64,000 nucleotides of DNA from Paraspadella gotoi (taxonomy: Eukaryota; Animalia; Chaetognatha): contig CM119266.1 of assembly GCA_051294375.1 (NCBI GenBank), forward strand, positions 20,966,840 through 21,030,839, read 5' to 3'. Made by a program: the position numbers and the translations under genes. Positions 51,219 to 64,000 of this stretch are shown here, piece by piece (positions within the stretch are counted from its first letter, which is position 1; the number at the start of each line of letters is the position of its first letter). Below the pieces are notes generated by a model, which had not been told where the DNA came from, did no database searches, and saw only the letters and a list, made by a program, of their open reading frames with translations.

Positions 51219-54200
51219 GAGAGAGCCTCTTTTGCACATGAAAACGACATTTGTTAATCAACGGCCTACTCCCCCCAGAAACGCCGCCAAGCCATCACCA
51301 TCTCCGCGTCCCTTCGCACATATCATCCTAAAGATTCGATCCGCTTTTGATGTTTACGAAGCCTTTTGTCTTTTTTTTTTTCGAGCGGGAGATACAGGGG
51401 GGCGTGCCGTGTCTTCACTGTTTACTTTTTTTCCCCTATTTTTTTTCTTTCAATGAAAAAGACAAAAAAAAAAAGAAAGTTGGAAAGTTTCATTGTTCGA
51501 AGTCGGTCGTTGTTTGTTCGAAGAAAATCGCCGTCATGCTTGACAGGCGAAGCTTACGTGTGGAAATGTCCATTCTCTCTTTTTTTTTCATCTTTAAACG
51601 ATTTTTGGTTGGCTCGTCCTTCGAATGTCATTCTCGTGTCATCAGACTGTCATTTTCAAAAAAAGAGAGCGAGAGAAAGAGAGAAAAAAAAAACAAAGGG
51701 AGACGAAATATATTCTTTGTTTTGTGGGATTTACGACGGCGATGCATCGCTGGGTGATATCGGCGCCTTTACCGTCGCNNNNNNNNNNNNNNNNNNNNNN
51801 NNNNNNNNNNNNNNNNNNNNNNNNNNNNNNNNNNNNNNNNNNNNNNNNNNNNNNNNNNNNNNNNNNNNNNNNNNNNNNNNNNNNNNNNNNNNNNNNNNNN
51901 NNNNNNNNNNNNNNNNNNNNNNNNNNNNNNNNNNNNNNNNNNNNNNNNNNNNNNNNNNNNNNNCATCATCATCATCATCATCGTCGTCGTCGTCGTCGTC
52001 AAATCGGGTTTCAAAGGCCAAAAACCCGCGTGAGTCTCCAGGTTTTTCATTCAGATTCAGAAAATCCCGATATCGTCTAATGACAAGCTTAAGACTCGGG
52101 GATCTCCAGACTCGGAAAAAGGGGTGAGAGTTTCGATCCTCGAGGTGAGTTGGGTAAGTGAGACTCATCGCGAAAGAGAGNNNNNNNNNNNNNNNNNNNN
52201 NNNNNNNNNNNNNNNNNNNNNNNNNNNNNNNNNNNNNNNNNNNNNNNNNNNNNNNNNNNNNNNNNNNNNNNNNNNNNNNNNNNNNNNNNNNNNNNNNNNN
52301 NNNNNNNNNNNNNNNNNNNNNNNNNNNNNNNNNNNNNNNNNNNNNNNNNNNNNNNNNNNNNNNNNNNNNNNNNNNNNNNNNNNNNNNNNNNNNNNNNNNN
52401 NNNNNNNNNNNNNNNNNNNNNNNNNNNNNNNNNNNNNNNNNNNNNNNNNNNNNNNNNNNNNNNNNNNNNNNNNNNNNNNNNNNNNNNNNNNNNNNNNNNN
52501 NNNNNNNNNNNNNNNNNNNNNNNNNNNNNNNNNNNNNNNNNNNNNNNNNNNNNNNNNNNNNNNNNNNNNNNNNNNNNNNNNNNNNNNNNNNNNNNNNNNT
52601 TCTCTCTCTCCACTATATTAGATATGCCAACCAAAGGGGTTACAAGATTCGTCAAAGAGAGGCGGTAGCAAAATCGATTTTTTTAATTTACGAAAGAAAT
52701 GGAAGGAGGGAGAGAGAAGGGGAGTACAAGATGGAATCAGGGTGAGGACTAGATGGAAATTTATTTATATTTGTTTAATATTTATTAAAAGGGAAGGTTT
52801 GTGCTGTGTAAACAAAGCTAAAATAATGTGGTGGCTTTATTTTGATACAAGCACAAATAGGAATCACGAACGAAAAGTATAACTTAATATTTGCTAAGTA
52901 CCCTACTATAGCTTAACAAAGAATTAAAATAGAGAAAGAGAACGGTTTAGATAAGGTTAACATACATCGCCTTTTTAAAGGAAAACCATTCCTCGTTTCA
53001 GAAATCCGATCAGAAATTCAAAAAAAAGTTTGAAAAGAAAAAAACCCACACAAGATGAGATTGGACCGCATGTCGGTGAGCTGTCGGGGAGATAAACAAA
53101 AACAAAGATGGACGCCAATGCATTACGTATTTTGAAAAGAAAAAAAACTCATACCTAAAAAAGGTATTTTTTCTTTTTTTTTTTGGAAACCANNNNNNNN
53201 NNNNNNNNNNNNNNNNNNNNNNNNNNNNNNNNNNNNNNNNNNNNNNNNNNNNNNNNNNNNNNNNNNNNNNNNNNNNNNNNNNNNNNNNNNNNNNNNNNNN
53301 NNNNNNNNNNNNNNNNNNNNNNNNNNNNNNNNNNNNNNNNNNNNNNNNNNNNNNNNNNNNNNNNNNNNNNNNNNNNNNNNNNNNNNNNNNNNNNNNNNNN
53401 NNNNNNNNNNNNNNNNNNNNNNNNNNNNNNNNNNNNNNNNNNNNNNNNNNNNNNNNNNNNNNNNNNNNNNNNNNNNNNNNNNNNNNNNNNNNNNNNNNNN
53501 NNNNNNNNNNNNNNNNNNNNNNNNNNNNNNNNNNNNNNNNNNNNNNNNNNNNNNNNNNNNNNNNNNNNNNNNNNNNNNNNNNNNNNNNNNNNNNNNNNNN
53601 NNNNNNNNNNNNNNNNNNNNNNNNNNNNNNNNNNNNNNNNNNNNNNNNNNNNNNNNNNNNNNNNNNNNNNNNNNNNNNNNNNNNNNNNNNNNNNNNNNNN
53701 NNNNNNNNNNNNNNNNNNNNNNNNNNNNNNNNNNNNNNNNNNNNNNNNNNNNNNNNNNNNNNNNNNNNNNNNNNNNNNNNNNNNNNNNNNNNNNNNNNNN
53801 NNNNNNNNNNNNNNNNNNNNNNNNNNNNNNNNNNNNNNNNNNNNNNNNNNNNNNNNNNNNNNNNNNNNNNNNNNNNNNNNNNNNNNNNNNNNNNNNNNNN
53901 NNNNNNNNNNNNNNNNNNNNNNNNNNNNNNNNNNNNNNNNNNNNNNNNNNNNNNNNNNNNNNNNNNNNNNNNNNNNNNNNNNNNNNNNNNNNNNNNNNNN
54001 NNNNNNNNNNNNNNNNNNNNNNNNNNNGAGTGAGTGAGAGAATAAGTGAGCGAATGAGTGATAAAGTGAATGGGTGAATGAATGAGCGTGAGAATGATCG
54101 AGTGAGAGGCTGAGTGAGTGAATGAGTTAATAAATGAGTGAGTGAATGAGTGAGTTATTAGACTGCACAAAAAATCGTTCTTAGGGTGAAGGGGGAAAAG

Positions 54201-54505
54201 AGAAAAAGTGAGAAGGTAGAAGAGAGAATAAGAAGGTAAGTGTGAAAATGTGAAAATGTGAAGATCACATTTGTGAGAATGACAGAGTATGAACTCGCGA
54301 GACCCAAGAGAGAATAAGAAAAATCGAAGGGAAGAACGAGAGAGAGAGAGTGAGACTCTGTGAAAATAAACGGACGAGTGAGGGAGAAAAAGGAAAAGGC
54401 GGTGAAGGCGACATCTTTTATCGGAGGAGAAAAGAAAAAAAGAAAGGGAATCGAGGGAAAAAGAAATGAGAAGTCAATATTGAATGACGACTTCGTGAGC
54501 TTATC

Positions 54506-54563
<58 letters not shown>

Positions 54564-56844
54564 GTAACGCCCAAGAGTCAAAAAGGCCTCGGAAATATAG
54601 ACGTGATTCGCGCTGTCACTGATAATTTTTTTCTTGTTGCTGTCGTCGTCGTTGTCGTCGTCGCTATCATCGCAGTCATATTCGTAGGTTGTCGTTGATG
54701 TCGACTTCAATATCAACGTCTTCCACAACGACCATATTCTTAGTTGACTCTCTCTCTCTCTCTCNNNNNNNNNNNNNNNNNNNNNNNNNNNNNNNNNNNN
54801 NNNNNNNNNNNNNNNNNNNNNNNNNNNNNNNNNNNNNNNNNNNNNNNNNNNNNNNNNNNNNNNNNNNNNNNNNNNNNNNNNNNNNNNNNNNNNNNNNNNN
54901 NNNNNNNNNNNNNNNNNNNNNNNNNNNNNNNNNNNNNNNNNNNNNNNNNNNNNNNNNNNNNNTGGTGTCGCGCTTTCTGATTACATCCGGACTTTGCACC
55001 GCACAATCCGGATACATCCGGGGGGCAGTGTATGAAGCTCGTATAAACCTCGAGCTCTCTATATCATATAATTTCAAGTTTATGAGACTCATAAAGTTGG
55101 CGATGGCCTCTGCTTTTGGAGACGACGAGAGAGAGAGANNNNNNNNNNNNNNNNNNNNNNNNNNNNNNNNNNNNNNNNNNNNNNNNNNNNNNNNNNNNNN
55201 NNNNNNNNNNNNNNNNNNNNNNNNNNNNNNNNNNNNNNNNNNNNNNNNNNNNNNNNNNNNNNNNNNNNNNNNNNNNNNNNNNNNNNNNNNNNNNNNNNNN
55301 NNNNNNNNNNNNNNNNNNNNNNNNNNNNNNNNNNNNNNNNNNNNNNNNNNNNNNNNNNNNNNNNGAGAGAGAGAGATCAAAATGTACCCAAATGGACGCA
55401 AAACGGAAGCGAGTGAAAAGTGGACCAAAATCGTTGAAGTCGTAATTTCACAGGCCACCTCGTTTTGAAAATGACTTAAGAAATAAAGGAACAAGTATTT
55501 TCTTTCACTTTTTCCGACCTTCGAATATCTGTATTGATTCGCCCAAGTCTCAATTCGAAGCTTCTTCGATCGAGATTTTAAGGCTTAACCGAGTTCTTTG
55601 GAAAAAAAAATCAATGCAAAAAAAAAAAGTGAGAATAAAAAAAAAGGAAAATTCCGGAAATCTTCTTTTCTTATTCTTTGTTTTCATTTTCCCTTAAAAA
55701 ACAACTTTTTCTTTTTCTTCCTTTCAATTTCTCGTACTTTTTGCTCCTTGATCCAGGAAACAAGACTTAAAAAAAAAGAAGAAGAAAAAATCCGGAGCAA
55801 AATCAAAAGGAAACAGAACAACAACAACAACAACAACAAAATTTAAGTACTGACCTGTTTTTTTTTGTTTGGAGGTGATGAAGAAAAGGAAGGATGAGGA
55901 AGTAAAAAAAGGGAAAAGGTGGAGAATATGATTAGTTAATATAAATACTTAATTAGTAAAATACAATTTTAAAATATACTTTTAGTATGNNNNNNNNNNN
56001 NNNNNNNNNNNNNNNNNNNNNNNNNNNNNNNNNNNNNNNNNNNNNNNNNNNNNNNNNNNNNNNNNNNNNNNNNNNNNNNNNNNNNNNNNNNNNNNNNNNN
56101 NNNNNNNNNNNNNNNNNNNNNNNNNNNNNNNNNNNNNNNNNNNNNNNNNNNNNNNNNNNNNNNNNNNNNNNNNNNNNNNNNNNNNNNNNNNNNNNNNNNN
56201 NNNNNNNNNNNNNNNNNNNNNNNNNNNNNNNNNNNNNNNNNNNNNNNNNNNNNNNNNNNNNNNNNNNNNNNNNNNNNNNNNNNNNNNNNNNNNNNNNNNN
56301 NNNNNNNNNNNNNNNNNNNNNNNNNNNNNNNNNNNNNNNNNNNNNNNNNNNNNNNNNNNNNNNNNNNNNNNNNNNNNNNNNNNNNNNNNNNNNNNNCACA
56401 CGGCGAACCCGAACCGCCGACCCCGACGTCGTATGTGAAAGGATTTTTCGCCGGCGAAATTTGAAAATCTGGATTTTTTTTTTAGTTTAATCGAAAAATT
56501 CATTGAAATTTTTTCATCGAATTTTCATCCGAAAAAAATAGGAATATCAAGTTTTTGTGTTTCATGACAAAAAGCACGAGTTTTCGTCGTCGTCGTCATA
56601 ATCGTCGTCGTCGTCGTCGTCGTCGGTCAAAAGTGAAGACTGGCGCCGGCGAAATGAAAAAAAAAAAAGAAAGAAAGAAGAAAAGAAAAACAGAAGCAAC
56701 GGAAAAAACCCCGAGAGATTTTAAATGAATTCGTGTATAACGAAAGGAAAAACAAACTCATGAAATGAGATATGAATTGAAAAGGAAAAGGAGGCGGCGG
56801 AAAGAGGATGAGAGAGAGAAGTAGAAAGAGAAAAGAAAGATCGA

Positions 56845-56879
<35 letters not shown>

Positions 56880-57866
56880 CAAGAATGAAATAAAGAGAAA
56901 AAATACCTTATCATTCACATCTTAGACTCTTTTCTCGGTCCAGAGAACGGATTAAGAGATTAATACAGAAGAACATATACGTACAAGATTACAAGATCTA
57001 CAAATACATTAGCTAATTAAAAAAAACAACTCAGAATTCGAGCGCTTGGCAAAAGGGAATCCCTTTAAAGAGAGTAGGGCGCTGAATCGAGGAAAGTCCG
57101 TTGCCCTAATCCGCCCCTTATGAGTCTCCTCTCCTTCGCCTCATAATTCCCGTCTCCGGGGGTCCCTCTCTCACGTGGGTGGGAAAATGTTCAGACGTCG
57201 TTCACGTCGTCGTCGTCGTCGTGCTCGTCGTCGTCGTGCTCGTCGTCCTCTGATCTCCTTTCTCGCGATCGTGCATTTTGGTGAACCTCATCTCAGTTTA
57301 CTTGTACCGTCTACATTTGTTCATTTCATCTCCCACGATCAATTNNNNNNNNNNNNNNNNNNNNNNNNNNNNNNNNNNNNNNNNNNNNNNNNNNNNNNNN
57401 NNNNNNNNNNNNNNNNNNNNNNNNNNNNNNNNNNNNNNNNNNNNNNNNNNNNNNNNNNNNNNNNNNNNNNNNNNNNNNNNNNNNNNNNNNNNNNNNNNNN
57501 NNNNNNNNNNNNNNNNNNNNNNNNNNNNNNNNNNNNNNNNNNNNNNNNNNNNNNNNNNNNNNNNNNNNNNNNNNNNNNNNNNNNNNNNNNNNCTCTCTCT
57601 CTCTCTCATTGCATCACCACAGTTCCTCCAAACAACCTTCGACGGCAAGAAAAATACAGAAATTCTCTGAAAGAAAATTTAAGCATTTCCTTATCCTACT
57701 CTCGCTTGATTCATAATCCCTAGTAAGCTCTCTCCCTTTTTTTCTTTTTCTTTTCTTTCCTCCCTTTTCTTTCTTCCCATAAACGACCTCCCCCCTTCGC
57801 GTCGTCATAGAAACGAAGAAGAATTGCAAAGATTCAGTCGTCGGTTATTATCGGTATTACGGTTGC

Positions 57867-57947
<81 letters not shown>

Positions 57948-58033
57948 AAGGAAAAATCTTTATTACAGCGAAAAGCAATAACCAGCATAATGGGGTGTAT
58001 CAGAATACACAATGGAAATGAAGGAAAGAGTGA

Positions 58034-58065
<32 letters not shown>

Positions 58066-59282
58066 AAACAACGGCGGAATAAATGTAGACGACGACGACG
58101 ACGACGACGACGAGTCTGAGCCATTTCCCCGTTCGATTCTAATAACCAGCGAGACGAATTATAAATCCCCATAACTAACGGATTAAACGGAACGAACGCT
58201 TTTTTTTCGAATTTCGGCTGCCATCTGGCGTCTGCCGTTTCGAGAGATTGCTACATCCCGCGATGCCATCTCCGGCGGCGTCTTTTTTGACGGCCAAAGA
58301 ACGCCATCTTCTCTCCGAGTCTTTCAATGAGAGAGAGAGAGAATGAGATGCCCACTCAGAGAGAAAAAAAATAATAATCGTAAAACGAAAGAGAGTCGTC
58401 GTATAAACTAAAAAGAGGCGGCTGGTGGCGGCGGCGGCGGCGGCGTCTCCTCCCAAAATGACCGAATCGGATTCTCTTCCCTCGAGAGGCGTCGATCGAA
58501 AATCCGACTTTTACGCCAGGAAACGCTAGGGGGGGGAGGGGGCGGGCTAATCCCCGTGTTACGGGCACCCGTGAGACGAGAAGACGGGTTCAGATTTGAT
58601 GATTGTGAGATCGAAATTGAAAAAAATGGGTTTGACTTCGTCGATGTAAAGTCACAAAAATATCGATCGAATATCAAATATAAGAACCTGCTTNNNNNNN
58701 NNNNNNNNNNNNNNNNNNNNNNNNNNNNNNNNNNNNNNNNNNNNNNNNNNNNNNNNNNNNNNNNNNNNNNNNNNNNNNNNNNNNNNNNNNNNNNNNNNNN
58801 NNNNNNNNNNNNNNNNNNNNNNNNNNNNNNNNNNNNNNNNNNNNNNNNNNNNTAAGATCGAGAACAATCGATTTCAGAAAATGCGAGCTTTAGCGCTATG
58901 GTTTTGTAAGTATGATAACGACAATGGAAAATTAAAAATAGTCTTGACTCANNNNNNNNNNNNNNNNNNNNNNNNNNNNNNNNNNNNNNNNNNNNNNNNN
59001 NNNNNNNNNNNNNNNNNNNNNNNNNNNNNNNNNNNNNNNNNNNNNNNNNNNNNNNNNNNNNNNNNNNNNNNNNNNNNNNNNNNNNNNNNNNNNNNNNNNN
59101 NNNNNNNNNNNNNNNNNNNNNNNNNNNNNNNNNNNNNNNNNNNNNNNNNNNNNNNNNNNNNNNNNNNNNNNNNNNNNNNNNNNNNNNNNNNNNNNNNNNN
59201 NNNNNNNNNNNNNNNNNNNNGGCGAAGAAGGCTAAAGAGTCTGATATAGGATTCGACGTATGAGCGCTATGTATCCCAGGCG

Positions 59283-59333
<51 letters not shown>

Positions 59334-60999
59334 TTTTCATATCCTGTTTTTATTCGTTACTTTCTCACTGTTTTCCATGTTAAATTCTGTTTGGATTGTT
59401 TTTTTTCATTTTTATTCTTTATCGTTTTTTTTTCTATGACATTTGCGCGGCCTCACCCACGCCTCCAGCGCCGCCTAAAGGAGCTAAAAAAAGTACCGAA
59501 AAAGGGAAAAAAAAATCAAGATGGCCGCTGAAGAGGCGACGACGACGACGACGACGACGANNNNNNNNNNNNNNNNNNNNNNNNNNNNNNNNNNNNNNNN
59601 NNNNNNNNNNNNNNNNNNNNNNNNNNNNNNNNNNNNNNNNNNNNNNNNNNNNNNNNNNNNNNNNNNNNNNNNNNNNNNNNNNNNNNNNNNNNNNNNNNNN
59701 NNNNNNNNNNNNNNNNNNNNNNNNNNNNNNNNNNNNNNNNNNNNNNNNNNNNNNNNNNNNNNNNNNNNNNNNNNNNNNNNNNNNNNNNNNNNNNNNNNNN
59801 NNNNNNNNNNNNNNNNNNNGAAACAGGGAGGATGCAGGTTTGGTCCCTCGCGGCTTAAAACAAGAGACTTTTTATACGTCAACCTTTTTTTACGAGCGAC
59901 GACGACGAAAGCGACGATAGGGTTGACGCCGACGATTACGACGAAAGCGACGATAGGGTTGACGACGACGGGGACGACGACGAAGTTCGAAAAAAAAATT
60001 ACGATATATCGTCGAAGACGAATCGCTTCTGAGGATTTTCTATAGAAAGGTACTTCGCCGGCTGAAACCTCATTAATAATTAACAATTTGTATTAATCCT
60101 TTTATGCTTTTTTTCACTTATTTTAATCATTTACAATGTATTCTTTATACAACCATTGCGAGAATGAAAATAATTTATCTTCAAAAAATATCGCGGTGCA
60201 AAAGAAATCTGTGCGCGAGGCAAAGATCAAAATTCGGCGACGAAAACGACGACGATGACGAAGATGACAAAAAAAAAACGAAAACGAGGCTCGCGCTTTC
60301 TCACGCGCACCACGCCTCCCCGGATGTCGCCCGCCGTTAGCCCCCGGATGAGGGAGGAATATCCAAAAATAGAAAAAGAACACGTATCACATAACAAATC
60401 GCGAAGAGTGAGAGGAGAAAGTGAGATACAGGGAGAGACGAGGAGAAAGAGAAAGCGTCGGGATAAACCACAGAATCGACGGTGACTCAAAATAAAAAGA
60501 AAATAAATATACAATAAAAAAAGAAAAGATTCGAAAGTAGATTAAAGATGGCGACTTTTACGCGCGCAGGCGCAGAAAGGTTAACACCCACAATTCTTTC
60601 ATAACCGTGAGCGTCGATGCCTTAGCGATCCTTAAAGTACTAGTAACAACGCTGAACAGTAAAACCAGCTCAAAAACAGAATAACTGCAGCGCCAAAGAT
60701 GAAAACGACGAGACTACAAACGGGTGGGCGTGGCCGGACTCGTAGAGAGAGAGAGAGAGAGTGAAAGAGAGAGAGAGANNNNNNNNNNNNNNNNNNNNNN
60801 NNNNNNNNNNNNNNNNNNNNNNNNNNNNNNNNNNNNNNNNNNNNNNNNNNNNNNNNNNNNNNNNNNNNNNNNNNNNNNNNNNNNNNNNNNNAACTCCCTC
60901 TCGGCTCCTCCTTTTATCTCCGTGACCCTTCCGTTCCCTTTCCATCTCACTCATATTCATATTCAAAGAAGCAGTCTCTCTACTCTCTACTCTCTACTA

Positions 61000-61033
<34 letters not shown>

Positions 61034-62382
61034 ACTCTCTCTCTCTGGAGCGAGATAGAAAAAAAAAGAATGGTGATATCAACGCCGGTTCTCTAGAGGC
61101 TGAGATATGATTCCATCGAAGCGGAGCCAGATTGAATGGAAACGAAAATGAACATAAAGACGACGACGACGACGACGATAACGACGACGACTCCGCCGAT
61201 GACGGTGACGGCAATGAGGACGTTAACGTTACCAATAAATGACAGATTAGCAAGTCATATCTCCAAGAGCAATCATTTTTCCGAGAAAATGTTCATTTAA
61301 TAATAAGATTATAATAATAAAAATAACGCAACAAAATAAGATGATAATAATATACATAATATTAACGATTGCTCCTTTGTCGACTGGTAACAACCGTCGA
61401 TCATCGTCGTCGTTGTCATCCCTACTGTCCCTGATTCCCTTCCCTCCTCATACTCATAATGCGAACCTCATCGAGAGAAATAAGCGNNNNNNNNNNCTCC
61501 TCCTCCTCCTCCTCCTCCTCCTCCTCCTTTTTTTCATTCGCTGGTCGGAGTGTCGTCGACGAAAGGGCGGGTGTGTCGATCCCAGAGTGAAGCGAGTTGT
61601 GGAGATGTTGCCAGATACATTATTTCATGTCGATTGTTCCGTTGACACCGAGCAGTTTCTTTCTCCTCTCTCTCTCTCTCTGCTCCGTTCTCTCGTGCTC
61701 TGCTCTCATCTCTCCTCATGCTCTCTCTCTCGTGCTGCTGCTGCAAGTGCTTCTCATCTGCTCTCTCTGACACTTGCCTCTTTTTCTGCGCGCGAGCAGC
61801 GTGTGTCCTCTCATCGCCATCACGCGCAAGGCTTGCCAAGGCTCATGATTACTATGCATAAGCATTGCTCTTTTCGCTTTCCGACGCCGGCGGAATCTTC
61901 AGGCTCTCTCTCTCTTTCCTCTCTCTCTGCTCGTCTCTCTCTCGTCTCTCTCTCTCTCTCTCATCTTCTCTGCTCTCTCTCTCGATTCTCTCTCGTCGTC
62001 TCTCTCTCTTCCTTCTCTGCTCTCTTCGGTCATGCGAGAGCGGGCGAACGGCGTCGGCGTGATCGCTGGCATAACAGCGGCGAATCGAGCGCAGGCGTTT
62101 AATGGCCTTAATGCTCTTCATCGCTTCGACGGCGGAGAGGAAAAAAAAAGGGGCATATTGAGCGGAGGTGGTGGTTGTAGGGTGGTAGGGGTGGTAAAGG
62201 GTGGGAGCGAGGGGGTGAGGAGGCGAGGGTGGGGGCGATAAATTAGCTCTGCATATGGCGCCATATTCTCAATGGTGCTCCATGACTGCGCCATAATTCT
62301 TACTCTTTCGCCGTCTCTGGCCATCGGTCGCATAATATGGGCGCGGCAGAGAAAGGAGAGAGTTAGAGAGAGAGAGAGTAGA

Positions 62383-62420
<38 letters not shown>

Positions 62421-64000
62421 TGAATGAGAAGAGAGAGAGAGAGATGAGACGAAATGGAAAGAGGGAGGAAGGGAGCAGAAGGCAGAGAGAGACGCGTCAT
62501 AGATGACCTGCATCGGCCGCTATGAACGGAGGAAAAAATCCGCATCGGTGACGAGGAAATTGACCGGTGAAGTAATATAGGTATAGAGTTAAGAAAGGAG
62601 CGCGATAGGACACTATGATTTGGTTGTCAAACGAAAAGAAGAGAGGATAAAGGAAAGGGAGGAAAGGAGTAGAGGAGAAAGAGGAAAATGAGTAAAGGGG
62701 GGAGTAAGGTTAGAGAGAGGAAAATGAAAAGGATGGCAAATGGTGTGTTATGGATGCGCTGAGAAAGTGGAAGGTAAGAGAGAATAAAGGAGGAAAAAGG
62801 AAAGGAAGGAAAATGGAGGAAAGGGAGGAAATGGAGGAAAAAAGAAAAAAAGGAAAAAAGGAGGTAAGCCCAGAGATGCATCTCACGAGAAAGAAAATCA
62901 GAAAGAAAGAATGAAAATTACGAAGACAAATTTTTCTTATAATATGATAAAAAATTCATACCGCTGAATTCAGTTCATTAAAAATAAGAAACACGTGTCG
63001 CGAGAGGCGTGCATGACGGAGGACCGAGATTTTGAGGAAAACGGCCTCTAGAGTGAAAGCGGAGAGCGAGAGCAGAAATGACTTCACATTTCTTCTCCCG
63101 TCATCAATCATCCCATTGAATCATAGACGCTCATTCTCCTTTTCACCGGCCATCCCTTCGCCAGCGCCTCCTACACTCGACCTTACGGCTTTGTACATTT
63201 TCCCTCGGGCTTTTTTTGACGACGTCCACCGCCATCGTCGTCGTCGTCGTCGTTGGCGTCGTTGGCGTCGTCGGCGTCAGATTCGCACCTAAATCATCCC
63301 CAAAGTGGCGCCGCAACTGACAAATTAAGATGGCGGCCTCTCTATGGTTCGATCTGAGGTGCAGCGCCCCCTGACCTCCGGCTCTAGAGTCCCTTGTATC
63401 TCCCCCTTCTCTTAAATCTTAAGTTCGCGATATACGAGCCACGCCCCCCGCACCCCCCATCCTCTTTTTCTCTCTTCCTCTCTCCATGAGCCGAGGATTA
63501 TGACGTCTGGCGCGATTAAGAACGACAGTTATTATGATACTTTTGTGTTCGGAGAAAAGGTCGTCGAGGATTTATCAAAAAATCAAGGATCAAGTATAGT
63601 TTGCGCGCCAGGAAAGCGCTTATGAGAAGTTTTATGAAAATTATTATTGTTTAAGTTTTCTTACCAAAATTGCTACTGATAGAAAAAAACGACTACTCTA
63701 TCAAAATTAGTGTTTAAACTATATTAACAGTAAAAAAGAAATTATGTAAGTCTGTATTAATGTATAGGGCACATTAAAGAGCGAAAAAATATAAAACCAT
63801 TTCCTCTCTTTCGCGTTTCCTGGACCGTCTGTCTGTCTTTCTTTCTTTCTTTCTTTCTTTCTTTTTTTATTTCTTTCTTTCTTTCTTCATAGCATTCGTC
63901 CCTTCCTCCCGTATAAAACGTTTATGGATAATGACCAAAGAGATTATGATATTCGCGCAGGAGGAAGAAGAAATAGAAGGAAATAAAAGAGAAGGAAGGA

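Noticed and set aside
61341-62520. 253-aa ORF and irregular CT-rich sequence
   Set aside because: Degenerate microsatellite with apparent indel noise next to a 10-N gap; likely low-quality sequence.

Overview
Animal (invertebrate-like) nuclear DNA from a gappy scaffold, rich in (GA)n, (GTC)n and (GAAA)n microsatellites; no prokaryotic features. I reconstructed four spliced genes by hand, each with GT-AG introns of consistent phase. (1) A 17-exon organic anion transporting polypeptide (OATP/SLCO, OATP4-like), + strand, 5425-12356. (2) A 6-exon type II membrane SAM-dependent methyltransferase, + strand, 13910-16460. (3) An 8-exon gene on the - strand, 16865-19012, largely invisible in the ORF track, encoding about 391 aa with a transglutaminase/papain-like Cys-His-Asp core followed by a MYND zinc finger; this is the most unusual find. 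(4) The 3' part of a spalt/SALL zinc-finger gene on the - strand (4.27-kb exon 24987-29257 plus exon 33943-34110). Its N-terminal exons were not found, so 34.1-64 kb is probably a large spalt intron or regulatory region, broken by 23 N-gaps. Non-coding highlights are an inverted repeat with a hammerhead-ribozyme-like core (38159-38369), two related foldback/MITE elements, two small dispersed repeat families and three candidate structured-RNA islands. All gene models are manual predictions without transcript support.
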